A stretch of DNA of 63,438 nucleotides, the filler included, from Porpidia crustulata (lineage: Eukaryota), in NCBI GenBank assembly GCA_964255105.1. It is 8 parts of 8 records of this genome, joined end to end, with 100 filler letters (N's around TTAATTAATTAA, not from the genome) between each part and the next. Parts side by side here need not be neighbours in the genome. Positions count along the whole stretch, not along the records: positions 31,834 to 39,676 come from CAXUWE010001226.1; positions 39,777 to 47,600 come from CAXUWE010001227.1; positions 47,701 to 55,522 come from CAXUWE010001228.1; 5 more parts are not named here. One strand, 5' to 3'. The notes beneath the pieces are model-generated. The model did no database searches, was not told the DNA's origin, and saw only the letters and a list, made by a program, of their open reading frames with translations. Position numbers and translations under genes: made by a program. This document shows, piece by piece, positions 38,391-50,587 of this stretch. Positions within the stretch are counted from its first letter, which is position 1. Every line of letters starts with the position of its first letter.

Positions 38391-39403
38391 CTAACATTGT
38401 TGGAGCATGAGGGTATTGAGGTATACGGGCGAGCACTGAGCGGCCCACGATCGGTCATAGAGGTTGTAGAAGTTGCCACTCAAGCACTGGTAGAAAATGC
38501 TGGATCCTCCAAGAGCAAGAGTGCCGTTGGCACAGGTGGTGAAACCGGCGGTGAAGAGAGAGCCCGCTTGGGGCGGGTCGTCAAACTGGAGCTGGTAGTT
38601 GGATGCAATGTATCCAGTGCGTCCCTTGGCGTCCTTCATGATACCGTTACTCAGGGTGATCGCGAGCTCTCCTGGTGCAGAGCAAGCGACCATGACCGGT
38701 GCGGAGGAGCCCGAAGCAGGAGCCGCAGCAGCAGCCGTGGTGGATGTGGCGGGAGGAGATGCAGCAGCGGGAGCCGATGACACGGCGGGTGCAGATGCGG
38801 CGGCGGGAGTGGTGGAAGATGAAGAGGGCGCGGGTGCTGCCGCAGCGGAGGGGCTTGATGTTGGAGAAGCCGTGGTGCTGGGTGTGGCCGGTGCGATTGT
38901 TGGAGCTTGGGGCTGACCATCTTTGATCACGGTCACGGGAGCGACAGTCGTAGCGGCTTGGATCTGTCCATCACCGATCTGGGCGACAGGTGCCATCATC
39001 ATGGTGTGGAAGCTTCCCTGAACTTGTCCTGTCATACAAGTCAACAAAAACATCTGTAACCATCGGTGAGCGTGGGTCGATGCTTACCATCCGTGATCAT
39101 CGAGACCTTGCCGTAAGTCTTGACCTGGATTTGGCCACTGACGAGAATGTCAGCTCCTGCCAGGATGTTTCTGATCGCGTCGGACGTGACTTACTCGGGT
39201 AGCGTTGTGACCTGTCTCTTTGCCGCCGCTGCTGTGGTACTGACGTTGTGTACAGCGATTCCAAAGCTACCAGATACAGCAGCCGTACAGCCTGGCGGAG
39301 GGGGAGACGGCGGCGAGATGGCGGCTGTCACGGCTTGAGGCATGGCGACAGGATTTGCCTGGACAGCGGCCGCGAGGGCGAGAAAGGCGACGGAATACTG
39401 CAT
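38391..39403 (-). CDS. PIR-repeat covalently linked cell-wall protein (Cis3/Pir-like)
   Basis: Signal peptide, Kex2-like KR site, four DGQ(I/V/P)Q repeats, Ala/Ser/Pro linker and a 4-Cys C-terminal domain (GRTGYIASNYQLQFD..FYQCLSGNFYNLYD..QCSP). Exons 39403-39195, 39137-39088, 39028-38391. Confidence 0.88.
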
Positions 39404-39676
39404 TCTCGTGATGACGAAGATGGGGCGTTAATTACAATATTAAGTGTCGAGGTACAATAGTAGTTATTGACCAGTCTGGCAAGGGCGACGACGACGATGA
39501 CTTATTGAGCGAGAGTCGTAAAGCTGTCAACGAAGGTATGTATGGAAAATAGACAGTGAATATGGAGAGAGCTTGTGTGGTTGACCGGGGGAGGGAGATG
39601 AGTGAAACCTGAAAATTGGGTGGGAGATTGGGAGTTATTCTAGCAGAATGCATGACTGCAGATCGCATGGCTGAAG

Positions 39677-39776
39677 NNNNNNNNNNNNNNNNNNNNNNNN
39701 NNNNNNNNNNNNNNNNNNNNTTAATTAATTAANNNNNNNNNNNNNNNNNNNNNNNNNNNNNNNNNNNNNNNNNNNN
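39677..39776. other. Artificial contig spacer
   Basis: Same 100-bp linker. Confidence 0.99.
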
Positions 39777-42700
39777 CATGCCGTACCGGCTCCATTCCCG
39801 CCACAGCCCCGCGACCGCCCGGCGGGCCCTCGCCTTGCTGACCTGGAAACACATCGTCGCCACCGCGGGCTTGACTCGCAGGAACCGTGCCAGCCAGTTT
39901 TGATGTGGTTGGATGGCGCGCGGGGGACGGTCGGAAGCGACGTTGGGGATGGTGGAGCGAGTGGAGCGAAGATCCGGTTTGGGATGGTTTGGAGGAAGGG
40001 CGCCGGACATGAGGTAGGAAGAGGGGGAGGTGGTGATGGTGGAGAGGCGGAGGATTGGAGATCATAATCTGGGGGAGTTGGTTGGGTGGAGATTGTCTTG
40101 GAAGGGCGAGGGGACTTACCAGAAGAGTTTTTCTCAGGCTTACGTTGCTTATTCTTGCTGAATATCTTGAAAAACTTGCCTTTCCCTTTGCTTACTTGCT
40201 CTGTCTTGACTCTATGGGTCTGTGGTTCTTCACTTGGGGCATCGCTGGCTCGTTTCTTGTCTGGGTTCACTTTGCGATAGTTGTGGAGAGGTAAAGTATC
40301 CTTGAGAGGCAGCGGAGGTCCCTTGTCAGGAGATTCAACGGTAGGCTGTTGCTGGCGACGGAACCAATTCCTCTTCTTGCCTTCTCCGGAAAGGGTCATG
40401 GGGTTTCTTGGCAGTGGATCAAAATTCTCCTTATCTTCATCGATCGATTCCAGAGGGGTTTCAGTCAGCTGACTGAGGCCAGCTATGCGGCGTTCATCAA
40501 CAGGGACGCTGGTTTGAGGCTTGGCAAAGCTAAGCGTCTCTTCCTGCATTCGAACCGACCCTCCTGAAGGCGTTGAGGAACTGCTTTTCTTGCGTATAGT
40601 CAAAGGTTTGGTGGGCGATATTGGTTTCTCGTCCCACTGCTCTACTAAGCGAAGAGTCTCTTTGTCTGGATATCTTCGGCGACAGGGAGATGCCCCATAG
40701 CCTCTCATAGGCCCCGAAGTAGAACGGAACCCAATGTTTCCCTTCTCTAACAGGCTATCAAAGGTATCTTTACTTCGTCCCATGCCAGGAGAATTTGGTT
40801 CCGGCGTCGAAACATGACGTCGCTGATCATTCGCTCTAACAGTGCTAGGTTGCATAAGCCGGTCGAGATGCGTTATCACATCATCTAAACATCCAGGAGC
40901 CATAGCCATTTTGGGATCAGCAGCACGTTGTTTCAGCAGATCCCTTGTCCTCGCAAGTTCTTGTTGTGTGTATGACCCAAGATGTTCTGGCTCAGGGGTA
41001 GGTGGTTTTGGTAATGGACGTTGTAGATCAGACGGTCGAATGGGACGCACTGGCTGGGCAAGACGATATCCACGTGCATGCGGATGTTTGATGAATGTCC
41101 CTGAATTTTCCCGGACAGACACCGAAGTAGCTGGTGAGCCATGGTTTTGGGGTGGCGGATCAGTAACGGCAGTGCGCGTCGTGGGTGCGGTCGAAGCCAT
41201 AGAAGACCTATTGAACGCTTCGTCGCAGAATTTCTCAAGCTCTGTGCTGACCTTCCTTGCATCGTCTTTCCAATGATGGTTCGTTGTCCGTGCATCCTCA
41301 GCTTCGACAAGCTGCGTCTCCGTCAGATTTGTCCGAGTCTTCTTTGAGCGAATTATCTGGGGTATATCGGGTGGTGGGCTTTGCTTGTTCAAAAGTGATG
41401 GCAAACTCGATGCTTGTGGCGGCCGATCTCTGATGTAGCGTTCTTGTAAGGTAAGTGGATTGGGTACTTGAGCGCTGATAGATCGCTTCCTTGCATGCGT
41501 ATGAACAAAGCTGACGCCACGTTTGTAGCTCATGGATTTCCGGGCAGGTGCATGCCGTCTGCTTGAGACATTACTCACAAAAGAGCGTCTCGAGATGGCA
41601 CTAGACACACGCCGATCACTGCTCAGCTTCTGAAGCTGGGAAGGACCTGCACTACGCATGACGGGTGGCGAACTAGGCATGCTGTAAAGATTGTCTTCGA
41701 CGCTGCCAAGTGCCACACTTCGCTTGGTTGATAATCTCCTCAAGGAGGCTCTCCTAGCAATGATACCGGTTGATCGTTGAACCCGAGAACTACTCGATGG
41801 ACCCCTAAACACCGTAATCCTAGCCTGATCTACTTGCCCCTGAGTAATCTGATTGCGAGATGTTCTAAACGGATCATAGCTTTCCTCCGTTCCAGCCACA
41901 CTGGGTTGGCGGTAACTCTGGCTTTTCCGCGAAACTCCCTCATCGAGAATAGAGTAGTGTGACTGGCGTCGGTGGCCGCCTTGCAAGGATACCCGAATTG
42001 ATGACCGCCGAGTAGCAGGTCGAGGAGGAGCATGGTGGTAATCGCTAACCGAATATTCCATAGGAGGGCCTTCGTAGTTTTCGAGTTGCTCTTCTCGAAA
42101 TCGAAGCAATTTGGTATACAACACTTTTTCGTAGTTTGGTCTGTACAATCGTTAGCAACGTTAGAGAAGGAAAACGTGTCACTCATACTCATCATTTAGC
42201 AGATTTTCAGTAAGCTCCTCTTCAGTGGCACCGTGCCACAAGTTTCGAAGATTTCTCAACAATTCCGCGTCAATCTTGTCCTTGGACTTGATGGGCTCGC
42301 CGCAATCTTTGAATGTCAGGTGCGGCGAAGGACCAATGTACTTGTTCCCGTTTGCGTCAGTACTATCAAGACTCTCATACTTCTTTAATAAGGGATGCTG
42401 CCACATCAGATTCATCGGTATACGTTGTCTTGGGTCCATCTGCAGCATTCTAGAGATGAGGTCTTTCGCGTTTGTGGATAGACCTTTGGGGAAGGTGTAA
42501 GTCCCTTGAACAACCTTTGGTAAAACTTCTTTATAGTCACCATCGCTGTCGAATGGAAGACTCCCTGCCAACATGACGAAAAGAATGACACCGCAAGACC
42601 AGATATCGGCTCTGTCCCCACGATATTTCAAGCCTTGGATTACTTCCGGGGAGGCGTAATGAGGGCTGCCACATGAGGTTGTCAGCCATTTGTTTGCCGG

Positions 42701-43579
42701 TTGCAGTGCAGCCATCCCAAAATCCACAATTTTGATGTTTCGATTACGATCAAGGAGGATATTCTCTGGCTTCAGGTCGCGGTGACAGATATTGAAGCGA
42801 TGACAATAGGAAAGACCAGCGATCATCTGGCGAAAAATGCGAACAGCTTCGTGCTCTGGGAGGCGGCCGTTCGTCGCTATGTGGTTGAACAGCTCTCCAC
42901 CTTGTATGTACTCGAGGACGAGATATCTGGGAGCATTACATTAGGATGAAAAGCCACCTTTAAGATGAAAACTCACAATTCGCCCCTATTTTCCCAAACA
43001 TCGTATAAACTGATAATATTCGGATGCTCTATTAATTTCATAATTACAACTTCCCTCTCGATCCCAAACGGAATCCCACGTTTCCCATCTGGTGCTGCAG
43101 AATTCATAGTGTCCATGACGGCCAAGCTTTCACTTCGGAGGAGCTCCGCCGACTTCTTGCTGACAATCTTGATAGCCGCATCTTGGCCGGTATACGCANN
43201 NNNNNNNNCCAGATGCTCCTTTTCCAACATTCTTACCCAACCGCCACGGCCCTACGTGGGTCTTCCGCCTCGATTTCCCCGAGGCATTGGTCGATGTTCC
43301 TGAGATTTGTGAGTCGCGATTCGTGTCCCGTTGCTCTTCTTCGGCAATAGCTGATATTCGTTTGTCTTCTGCGTTGGGCGTCAACGACCCATACTTGGTA
43401 CGCATCTGAAGGTTTCCGCCTGCTCTGAGAGAATCATGGTGGAGCATATGCACAGGAGACGAAGGGCTGAGCTCTACACCTGCTGCTATGGGTGAATGGT
43501 TATTGACCCAGTCAGTAGTATCCCCCAGCGGCTTACGATATCTCGTGGGCCGATTTCGAGGAGTGTATGGGTCGGACAT
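39777..43579 (-). CDS. Nim1/Gin4/Hsl1-family Ser/Thr kinase, 3' truncated; contains a 10-N gap and a probable 1-nt frameshift error
   Basis: HVGPWRLGKNVGKGAS, GIEREVVIMKLIEHPN, HRDLKPENILLD, DFGMAALQP..TSCGSPHYASPE; C-terminal QNWLARFLRVKP. Confidence 0.9.
43199..43208. other. Internal scaffold gap (10 N) inside kinase subdomain I
   Basis: N run between GKGAS and AYTGQDAAIK. Confidence 0.97.
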
Positions 43580-46128
43580 CCTTTGAAGTCGTACTAATCC
43601 CTCAGACGTGCTTATATATACAACTCAAGGTATTGTTCATTGACATGGGTTCAATGCCGATCGAAGTTCTTCTGGCTTGGTGTAAAGCTCTACTGCTTCC
43701 GTTTGCTCATGTGTCTGCAGGGCCAGTATCCATGCTAAGTCAATGCGACAGGCTGACTCGTAGTTTCTATGCCCGGTGTATGATTTCCCAAGGCTGGAGA
43801 ATCGTAGACGGCTATTCTTCGGCGGCGATGTAATCGAGAAAGCACAGAAAGCAATACGAACGGTATTTGCGGAGGTGCTCTTGATGCGCGCTTCGTCTGG
43901 TCGAGGTTCACGCTTTAACCCCCTAGCCTGGACTTTTCCTAGTTCTTCGCGACTTCCACAAGTCAACAAAGCCGTTGACCTCTTCACAACAAGGACATAG
44001 GAGATCAAAAGCACATGAGCAATTGAACGTGACGATCAAGAGAAGATGTTCGAGAACACTCGATTGGCTACTAAGAACGTGCTCGATTAGAGACAGGAAT
44101 GTTATCTAAGAAATTGAGGTTGACAGGTAGGAAACGCCTGGAATGCGCATCAAAACATTGGATGTTTACATTAGTAGTCTAAGTACAAGAACGGGCGAAA
44201 TTCATCATCGTTGGTCAGCGATAAACTCCATATGGGGCTGGAATTGAACACATTCATCAACTATCATGTAGATATTTGTACCTAGGCTCCACTCTTTCTA
44301 CCTGCAAGGACTTTGATTCTTGTATACCGTTGACCGCGTCTTTCACGACAGAGCAATCCTACTCGCAATATTTCGTGGTGGCTGAATGGTATGGCTCGGC
44401 TGAGTTATCATGTCTGCTGGTGGCCGTAGGTTGAGACCATCATACGACTGCAATCATCTCATGTTGGATTCAATGTCAAACTGATCGTCACAGCTTCACG
44501 AAATAGAGATGGGAGTCCAAACCCGAGGTGCCAACCAACGTATCACGAGCCCTGTTCAGTTCCCATACGCTAACCGTTCATGGCTATTCTCTGCACACGA
44601 ACCATATACGAGATGCAAGTCGAGGATGGCGACGTGTAGGGCCTCTGTGCTGTTGGCGTTTGTCCTTAGAAATTCTCGAAAGCTCACGTTCTGTAACCCA
44701 CGATCCATTCTTTACCGGATCCTTCCTCCACGAAGTTTGGGCACACACCCTCCTCTATCTTCCTCACGTGAAACAATACATAGGCAGGATCGTCTCGCTA
44801 CAATCGCACGACTGTGCACTTACCAGTTAGGCAATCCATCATACAACCTTCTACTGTGGACAACAATAGCTATAAGCTCATGCCAACCCCAAGCCATCTC
44901 GTCCTCGTCCCACCGCTCACCCTCATGCAGTTACAGTCATTCTACAAAAGTCCCCCCGCACTGGGCGTCTCAGCAGACGTAATCCGAACATGCCGCTGGA
45001 CCCTCATAGATCTGCAAGGTGTTCGACTTACCTCAAGAGACATCTAGCGCCCTATATCCTTCGGCACGTACCTACAACGGCCATCCTCAATAAGTAGCGC
45101 CCCCCTCCCGACCGGCATCTCGGCGCCTAGAGCCACACGGTGCGCGACAAGCATCAAGCTCAGAACGGCGGCGATAAAGCCCCTGTGGTTTCTCGAGCAC
45201 AGTCTCGGAAACCTGCAAACCGGCCCCCAAACGTCGACATGATGGCGTTGGAAAAGACGCCATTGCGGAGTCGCCCGGCACGACTGGATTCAGTAGAAGG
45301 AAAGAGGCGTCATTTTGAAACCAGACAGGATGTGAAGCAGGGTCCGGTGATGCTATGCCAACGCGACGAGGCTGGCAGGGGGGAAGATGGGCTTGGGAGT
45401 GCCAAGGACATGTGGGCTCTAGTTATCTTGTGGAAATTTATCGTCCGTACAAGTGAGATGGTGATCGGGTGTTTGGAGCGTTGGAACGTGTAGTATACTA
45501 CAGTAATGAAGGCATGATACGCGTGTTCAACAGAGTGTTTGCGTCATTGCTGTTGGATTCTTCAAGCTCCCTGGCTCACAGTGCTTTTCGAACAAGCCGA
45601 GGCGTGAAGATAGCAGGTCGTTCACTTCAATGTGAATGAGGGGAAGATGTTTTGCAGGGCAGAGCGCCCGTATCTGTCATTCTGCAATGCTCATGTCCCT
45701 AAGTCAAAGCTGTCTCCGAGACAGGACTTGGCGTACCGCCACTAGATGTTGCCAATAAACCAACCCCGAAAAGACGACGACGGGCGAGTGGAAAATCCCA
45801 CTCACAAGCCAAGAAGGACGCCAAAGCCACGGCTGAAAGATTATTCACAAGAGCCCATGAGGGGTATCTAACCAAAGAAATGTCGGAAAGGGACGTAAAT
45901 GATGATATTAGGCAAGACAACAGAAATCGCAACCATTGCTTCATCGCTGAGCACGCCGAACCTGAAAGAGGTGTTACATTAGGTTTTTTTTGTTCCCCAC
46001 CTCTCGCTCCCCAAGGGCCCATGGTGGTAAGAAATTTTCATCTAGGTGTCATCCCCCGGTACGCCGTCGACGCCCTGCATATCATTGATACATATCGCTC
46101 GAGGAGAAATTAAAGAGAGTGGGACGTG

Positions 46129-47530
46129 CTAGCTGCTGAGAACGCTGTCGTCGTTGTCGCTGCTCATCGCTTCCGATTTATCGACTGGAGACATGGATTG
46201 GCTATCTTTGGTGGTGGAAGAGCCTCCTTTGCCGCAGCCTTTGACGAGGATATGCCGCTATAGAATCGTATCAGTAAACGAACCTCATATCAACGTGCCA
46301 CTGAAGACTCACCTTGAGTGCATCCTTTCTCGAGAAACTTTTGTCACAATGTCCACAAGGGAAGGGTTTGACCGCAAGGTGTATCCTTTTATGTCTCTTG
46401 AGATCGTGATTTCGGTTGAAGCTTTGTGGACATTGATCGCATTTGAACGGGCGTTCATTGTGTGGTGTTTGCGGTGGTGCTCCGTACATTTGTTGCATTT
46501 GTGCAGAGTGCCCACTGTTGAAACCGGGAATCATGCCCGGCATGCTACCGTTTGGCATGCCGACCATTGCCATTTGCCCATTAGGGCTGTGCACGTTCGA
46601 CATGACCGGACCGCTCATGGCGGGGAGAGAGTATGCGGTGTATGGGCGCACGTAGTGGTTGGCCTGTTGGGAAGAAGCTGGCTGTAGGTTTGGTGGCTGG
46701 CCGTTGATCGGCGACAACCTAGACCCCTGCGTCGATGCGCTCATCGGACTTTGCTGGACCGGTGACCCGTTGTGGAAAGAAGGAAATTGGCTTTGCTGCG
46801 GCGTCGACGACGGTTGCGACCCACTGTAGTATGTCGGTGTCGATGCCGGCCTTTGCGTAAACGAATCGGCGTTCACTGGTGAATTTTGCGAGGCGGACGT
46901 GGACGCTGGAGTGTGCACACTCGTCATGTAAGCCATCGCTTGCTGCTGGGGGGCAAGGGTTGGCAGACTGGAAGGGGCAGACATTGACATGGACGAAGGG
47001 AATGGCGGGAGCTGGTTCAGGTCGTACGGTGGGGGCGGTAAGCCTTCTGAGGCAGACGGCGAGCTGGCGGTGTTGCGGACGAGGGAGCCAAGTGAAGGGG
47101 AGAACATGGCTCGAGGTGGGAATAGCTGGTTCAGAGACCCTTGGCCCCACGGCTGCGGTGTTGAGCCAGACCCCATGCCGAATGGAGTTCCGCCCGTCGT
47201 TGGCGGTGGCCAGTATCCGTTTGGCGTATATGGTGGCAGACCTTGGGCCCCAGGGCCAACGCCGTTCATGCCCACTGCCGGACTGAGGCTGTCGCCTGGA
47301 ATATTCGATGGCGGCGTGAGGAGGTTACCGACGCTGACCATTGCTGGCGTTGGCTGCGTCGCATTCATACTCGAGAACGGTAGGAATTTGTGTGAAAGCT
47401 GTGGCGGTGGAGGTAACTCGAAGTTCGGCAGATTGGACGCAGCCGACCTGCGAGCTGTGAAGCTTGCTGGCGCCCCGTGCGGCTCGAGATTCGAAGCCAT
47501 CCCCGGTTGTTGTACTGCAGCCGCTGCCAT
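46129..47530 (-). CDS. C2H2 zinc-finger transcription factor (two fingers)
   Basis: RPFKCDQCPQSFNRNHDLKRHKRIH-LAVKPFPCGHCDKSFSRKDALK|RHILVKGC with intron 46312-46258; Pro/Ser/Gln-rich N-terminus. The frame is open to the contig edge, so the true start may lie upstream. Confidence 0.9.
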
Positions 47531-47600
47531 TCTGTGCTGCTCGGCCGTCTTGAACACGTCTATGCCTGGTGTCGGTGGTGTGGGAAGGGTACTCGGGGGA

Positions 47601-47700
47601 NNNNNNNNNNNNNNNNNNNNNNNNNNNNNNNNNNNNNNNNNNNNTTAATTAATTAANNNNNNNNNNNNNNNNNNNNNNNNNNNNNNNNNNNNNNNNNNNN
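47601..47700. other. Artificial contig spacer
   Basis: Same 100-bp linker. Confidence 0.99.
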
Positions 47701-48062
47701 ATATGTAAGGGTTAGGGGTGTGCGGGACAGAGTTCAGTCAGGAGATTGTAAACGGCTGAATATATGGTTTTGGGAGAGAGTTCGAGATAGGGGAGGTTTG
47801 GGTTGATGAGGGTATCAAGGAGTGGAACGGATTGGATCCTAAGATAGTCGTATGAAAGCTCCTGTTGTAAGGGGGGGGGTTTAGGCGTCGTGATGTATAG
47901 GTTCTGTTAACTTGTAGAGATTTCAACGATTCAGCAAGATGCAATCAGACACCGCAATAGCGTGTAGACAAAGCATTGGCAACAACCGCTTTCTCATTCA
48001 TCTCACATCTAAATGCCAACTACAAGTCCATCCCACAAGCACCTTATTTTCCCGCGATTCAT

Positions 48063-48984
48063 CTACGCCTCCGTCTCCGCAAACGCTTCCGGGAACCTCC
48101 CCACGTTCCTCTCAATCGGGCCCTTGTTCCTCAAAAATTGCACGTACGCACCGTCGATCCTGATCTTGCCCTCGGCGCGCTTCTCTTGGTACTCGTCGCG
48201 GCGGAGGGGGGTGAAGCCCCAGTTCTTGGAGACGATGATCTTTTGGCGGCCGGGGAATTTGTATTGCGAGCGGCGGAGGGCTTCGATGGCTGTTGCGCGG
48301 TCTGTGTGGGTGGGTATTGTCAGTATTTGTCTGTGAAATTCTGTCGGAAGATTATGGGAAAGGACTTACGGTTGTCTCGTGTGCGGACGGAGAGGAGGAT
48401 TTGGCCGATGTTGACGCGGGCGACGCTTCCGTTGGGTTTGCCCCATGCTCCACGCATTCCGGTCTGCAATCTATCGGCACCGGCACATGACAACATCTTG
48501 TTGATGCGGACGACGTGGTAAGGATGAGCGCGGACACGAAGATGGAAACCTTCTTTGCCGGCGACTTTGACGAGGTATCTGTGGAAGTGCGATTAGTAGC
48601 TGTAGGGAAGCGTCGTAGAGTTCGGACTATCATAGACGACATACTTGTTGGCGCAGATACGAGCGGCTTCTAGGGCTTCCGAAGACAGTTGTTCATACTC
48701 ATTGGAGACCATGTGTACGCAGAGGGGGAATTCATCGACGTTGGCACGTTTGCGACCGAGATCGAAGATACGGATTTTAGGGTCCGGGACACCACGGTTG
48801 AATCTAGATTTGGGATATGGCTGCGGAAAGACGAGAAATTAGCACTTGGAATATCGGCACGGTCTGTGAGCAACGCTGAGGTCGCTGAGACTCCTGGCCG
48901 AGCCCAAATCCGAAATTCGAATTCTTGCTAAGAACGCACCTTGTTTTTGCAGTAACGATAGCATCTTGCTGGTCGGCGAGCCAT
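48063..48984 (-). CDS. RPL10: 60S ribosomal protein L10 (uL16)
   Basis: [73 protein letters not shown]; three introns. Confidence 0.96.
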
Positions 48985-49482
48985 TTCAGTCAGCGTTATT
49001 GGGGTTTCTCGTAAGGTATCTGATGGCTCGAGTAAGTTATTAATTGAGAATGCTCTTTCTGATATTTGTGGTCATATCTTATTGATTGGAAATCATCGCC
49101 ACTAAGCAACAAGGGTCGATTTAAGCGAGACTGCTTCATGGAAAAGAAGCCACTTGTTAGCGATGCCCTAACCCTGAGACACTAAGCGTTTCCAAGAACA
49201 AACAGTACGCCAATGGCTTGCATTTACGGCAGCGGATTACAAAGCTCCTTTTCAATGTCACTCACTGGTAGAACAAAGGGAAGGAGCTAATAATGGTCTC
49301 ATATTCGAAGATAGGGCTGTTGTTGTCGTGTTCTTTCTGTTGGGTTCTGAGGGAGCGGCATTCAAAATGGAATTTTCTAGTCTCCTGTGGGAAGCATAGC
49401 CAACACAAGTTTTGCGGACATTTGCCTGGTAAATAGAACGAATTTATTTATTCCCAGTCCACCTGCCTAATATGCCAAGAAT

Positions 49483-50062
49483 TTAAGCTGTAGCTCCTGT
49501 CAAGATATCCGAGTCACCAGCATCAAGTACCGCAATTGTCGAGCATCTGAAAAGCTTCCCGCACGCAGTCCCTAGCTCAATCTAATAGTAACGGTCAGCA
49601 CAAACAGACACCCTCCAAAGCCGTTCATGCAGGCTTCTTCGCAGGGCAGAACCTAGAAGTCTCCTCTTCGGGTTCGTAGAGCGTTGACGTATTGAGTAAG
49701 GATGTGGCTTACATTGTTACCAGCGAAGTGGTGAACGTTGGTCTTTGAAAGCATGGAGTAGTCTGAATGAGTTGTCAGTGAAGGTCCTGGGATGTCCGTT
49801 GGTAGAGAGGCTTACACTCAAGTTCGCTCTTGCGAAGCGGAGGGGTGTTTCCAGAGATGATGACGAGTTTGGCCTTCCCTGACCGTAGACTCTTCAGGGT
49901 GGATTTGTAGCCCAAGGTCACTGAACATTACGGCGATTAGCTTCCTGTACTCTTCGGAAAATATTGTGTCGATGCGGCCGCACCTTTCCCTGACTTCATC
50001 ACAAGTGCCAGACGCGAGTTGATGCTCTCGGCAGTCTTCTTGGCTTTCTTTGTGGGTGCCAT
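49483..50062 (-). CDS. RPL30: 60S ribosomal protein L30 (eL30)
   Basis: [82 protein letters not shown]; three introns. Confidence 0.95.
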
Positions 50063-50587
50063 GGCAAGGAGCGTCTGGGTTCTGAGCCGATGATGATTGC
50101 TGTTGATAAAATTTCAAGTGTGTGGGATTATTTAGGTGTCAGCGCTAGTGGTGTATCGGCGTTTTACTTCGTACACTGCGAGTAAGCGAGTGCTCGTGTT
50201 CTCGGCCCGCTGATCCTTGACTCAGCCCTAGTAATCAGCTTGCCAGTCGTGCCAGTTTCCCTAAAGTCCATTGTTATCCCTTGACTGTCAACGAAACCAT
50301 CACAAATTACAACGTTGCAGAGCAAACCAATATTCAGTTCCAAACACGCTCAATTGTGACAATTTGGTGCTTTGTCTGTTTGTTATCAGACCCACGCGCC
50401 TCGTCCGAAATAAGGCTTATGCACGGCGAGGTTCCATATCTAATAGGACTGCAGCCCTCGGCCGCATAAGCCCGAGCAACAACCATCGGTAACCACAAAA
50501 GTCTCCCAAAGTGTGTTCCCCTTTCCAAGATAAGATTGCTGTGACCATATCTCTAAATCTTAAGCAGAGACCACTCTTCATGCAGGC

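Noticed and set aside
40010..40068. Frame change near the Gin4/Hsl1 kinase C-terminus (possible programmed frameshift)
   Set aside because: Adding one C in the TCC-rich run near 40045 restores SSASSTITTSPSSYLMSGAL into the conserved QNWLARFL frame. It lies in low-complexity sequence near a contig end, so a base-call error is most likely.
44000..46100. Several short ORFs between the kinase and the C2H2 factor
   Set aside because: No recognisable homology or consistent exon structure; probably promoter and 3'UTR.
47976..48931. Long antisense ORFs over RPL10, and similar ones over G-alpha, PIR and C2H2 genes
   Set aside because: Shadow ORFs expected from codon bias of the real genes on the opposite strand.
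49583..49712. Possible intronic snoRNA in ribosomal protein gene introns
   Set aside because: No clear C/D (RTGATGA...CTGA) or H/ACA arrangement seen by eye; an Infernal/snoscan search would be needed.
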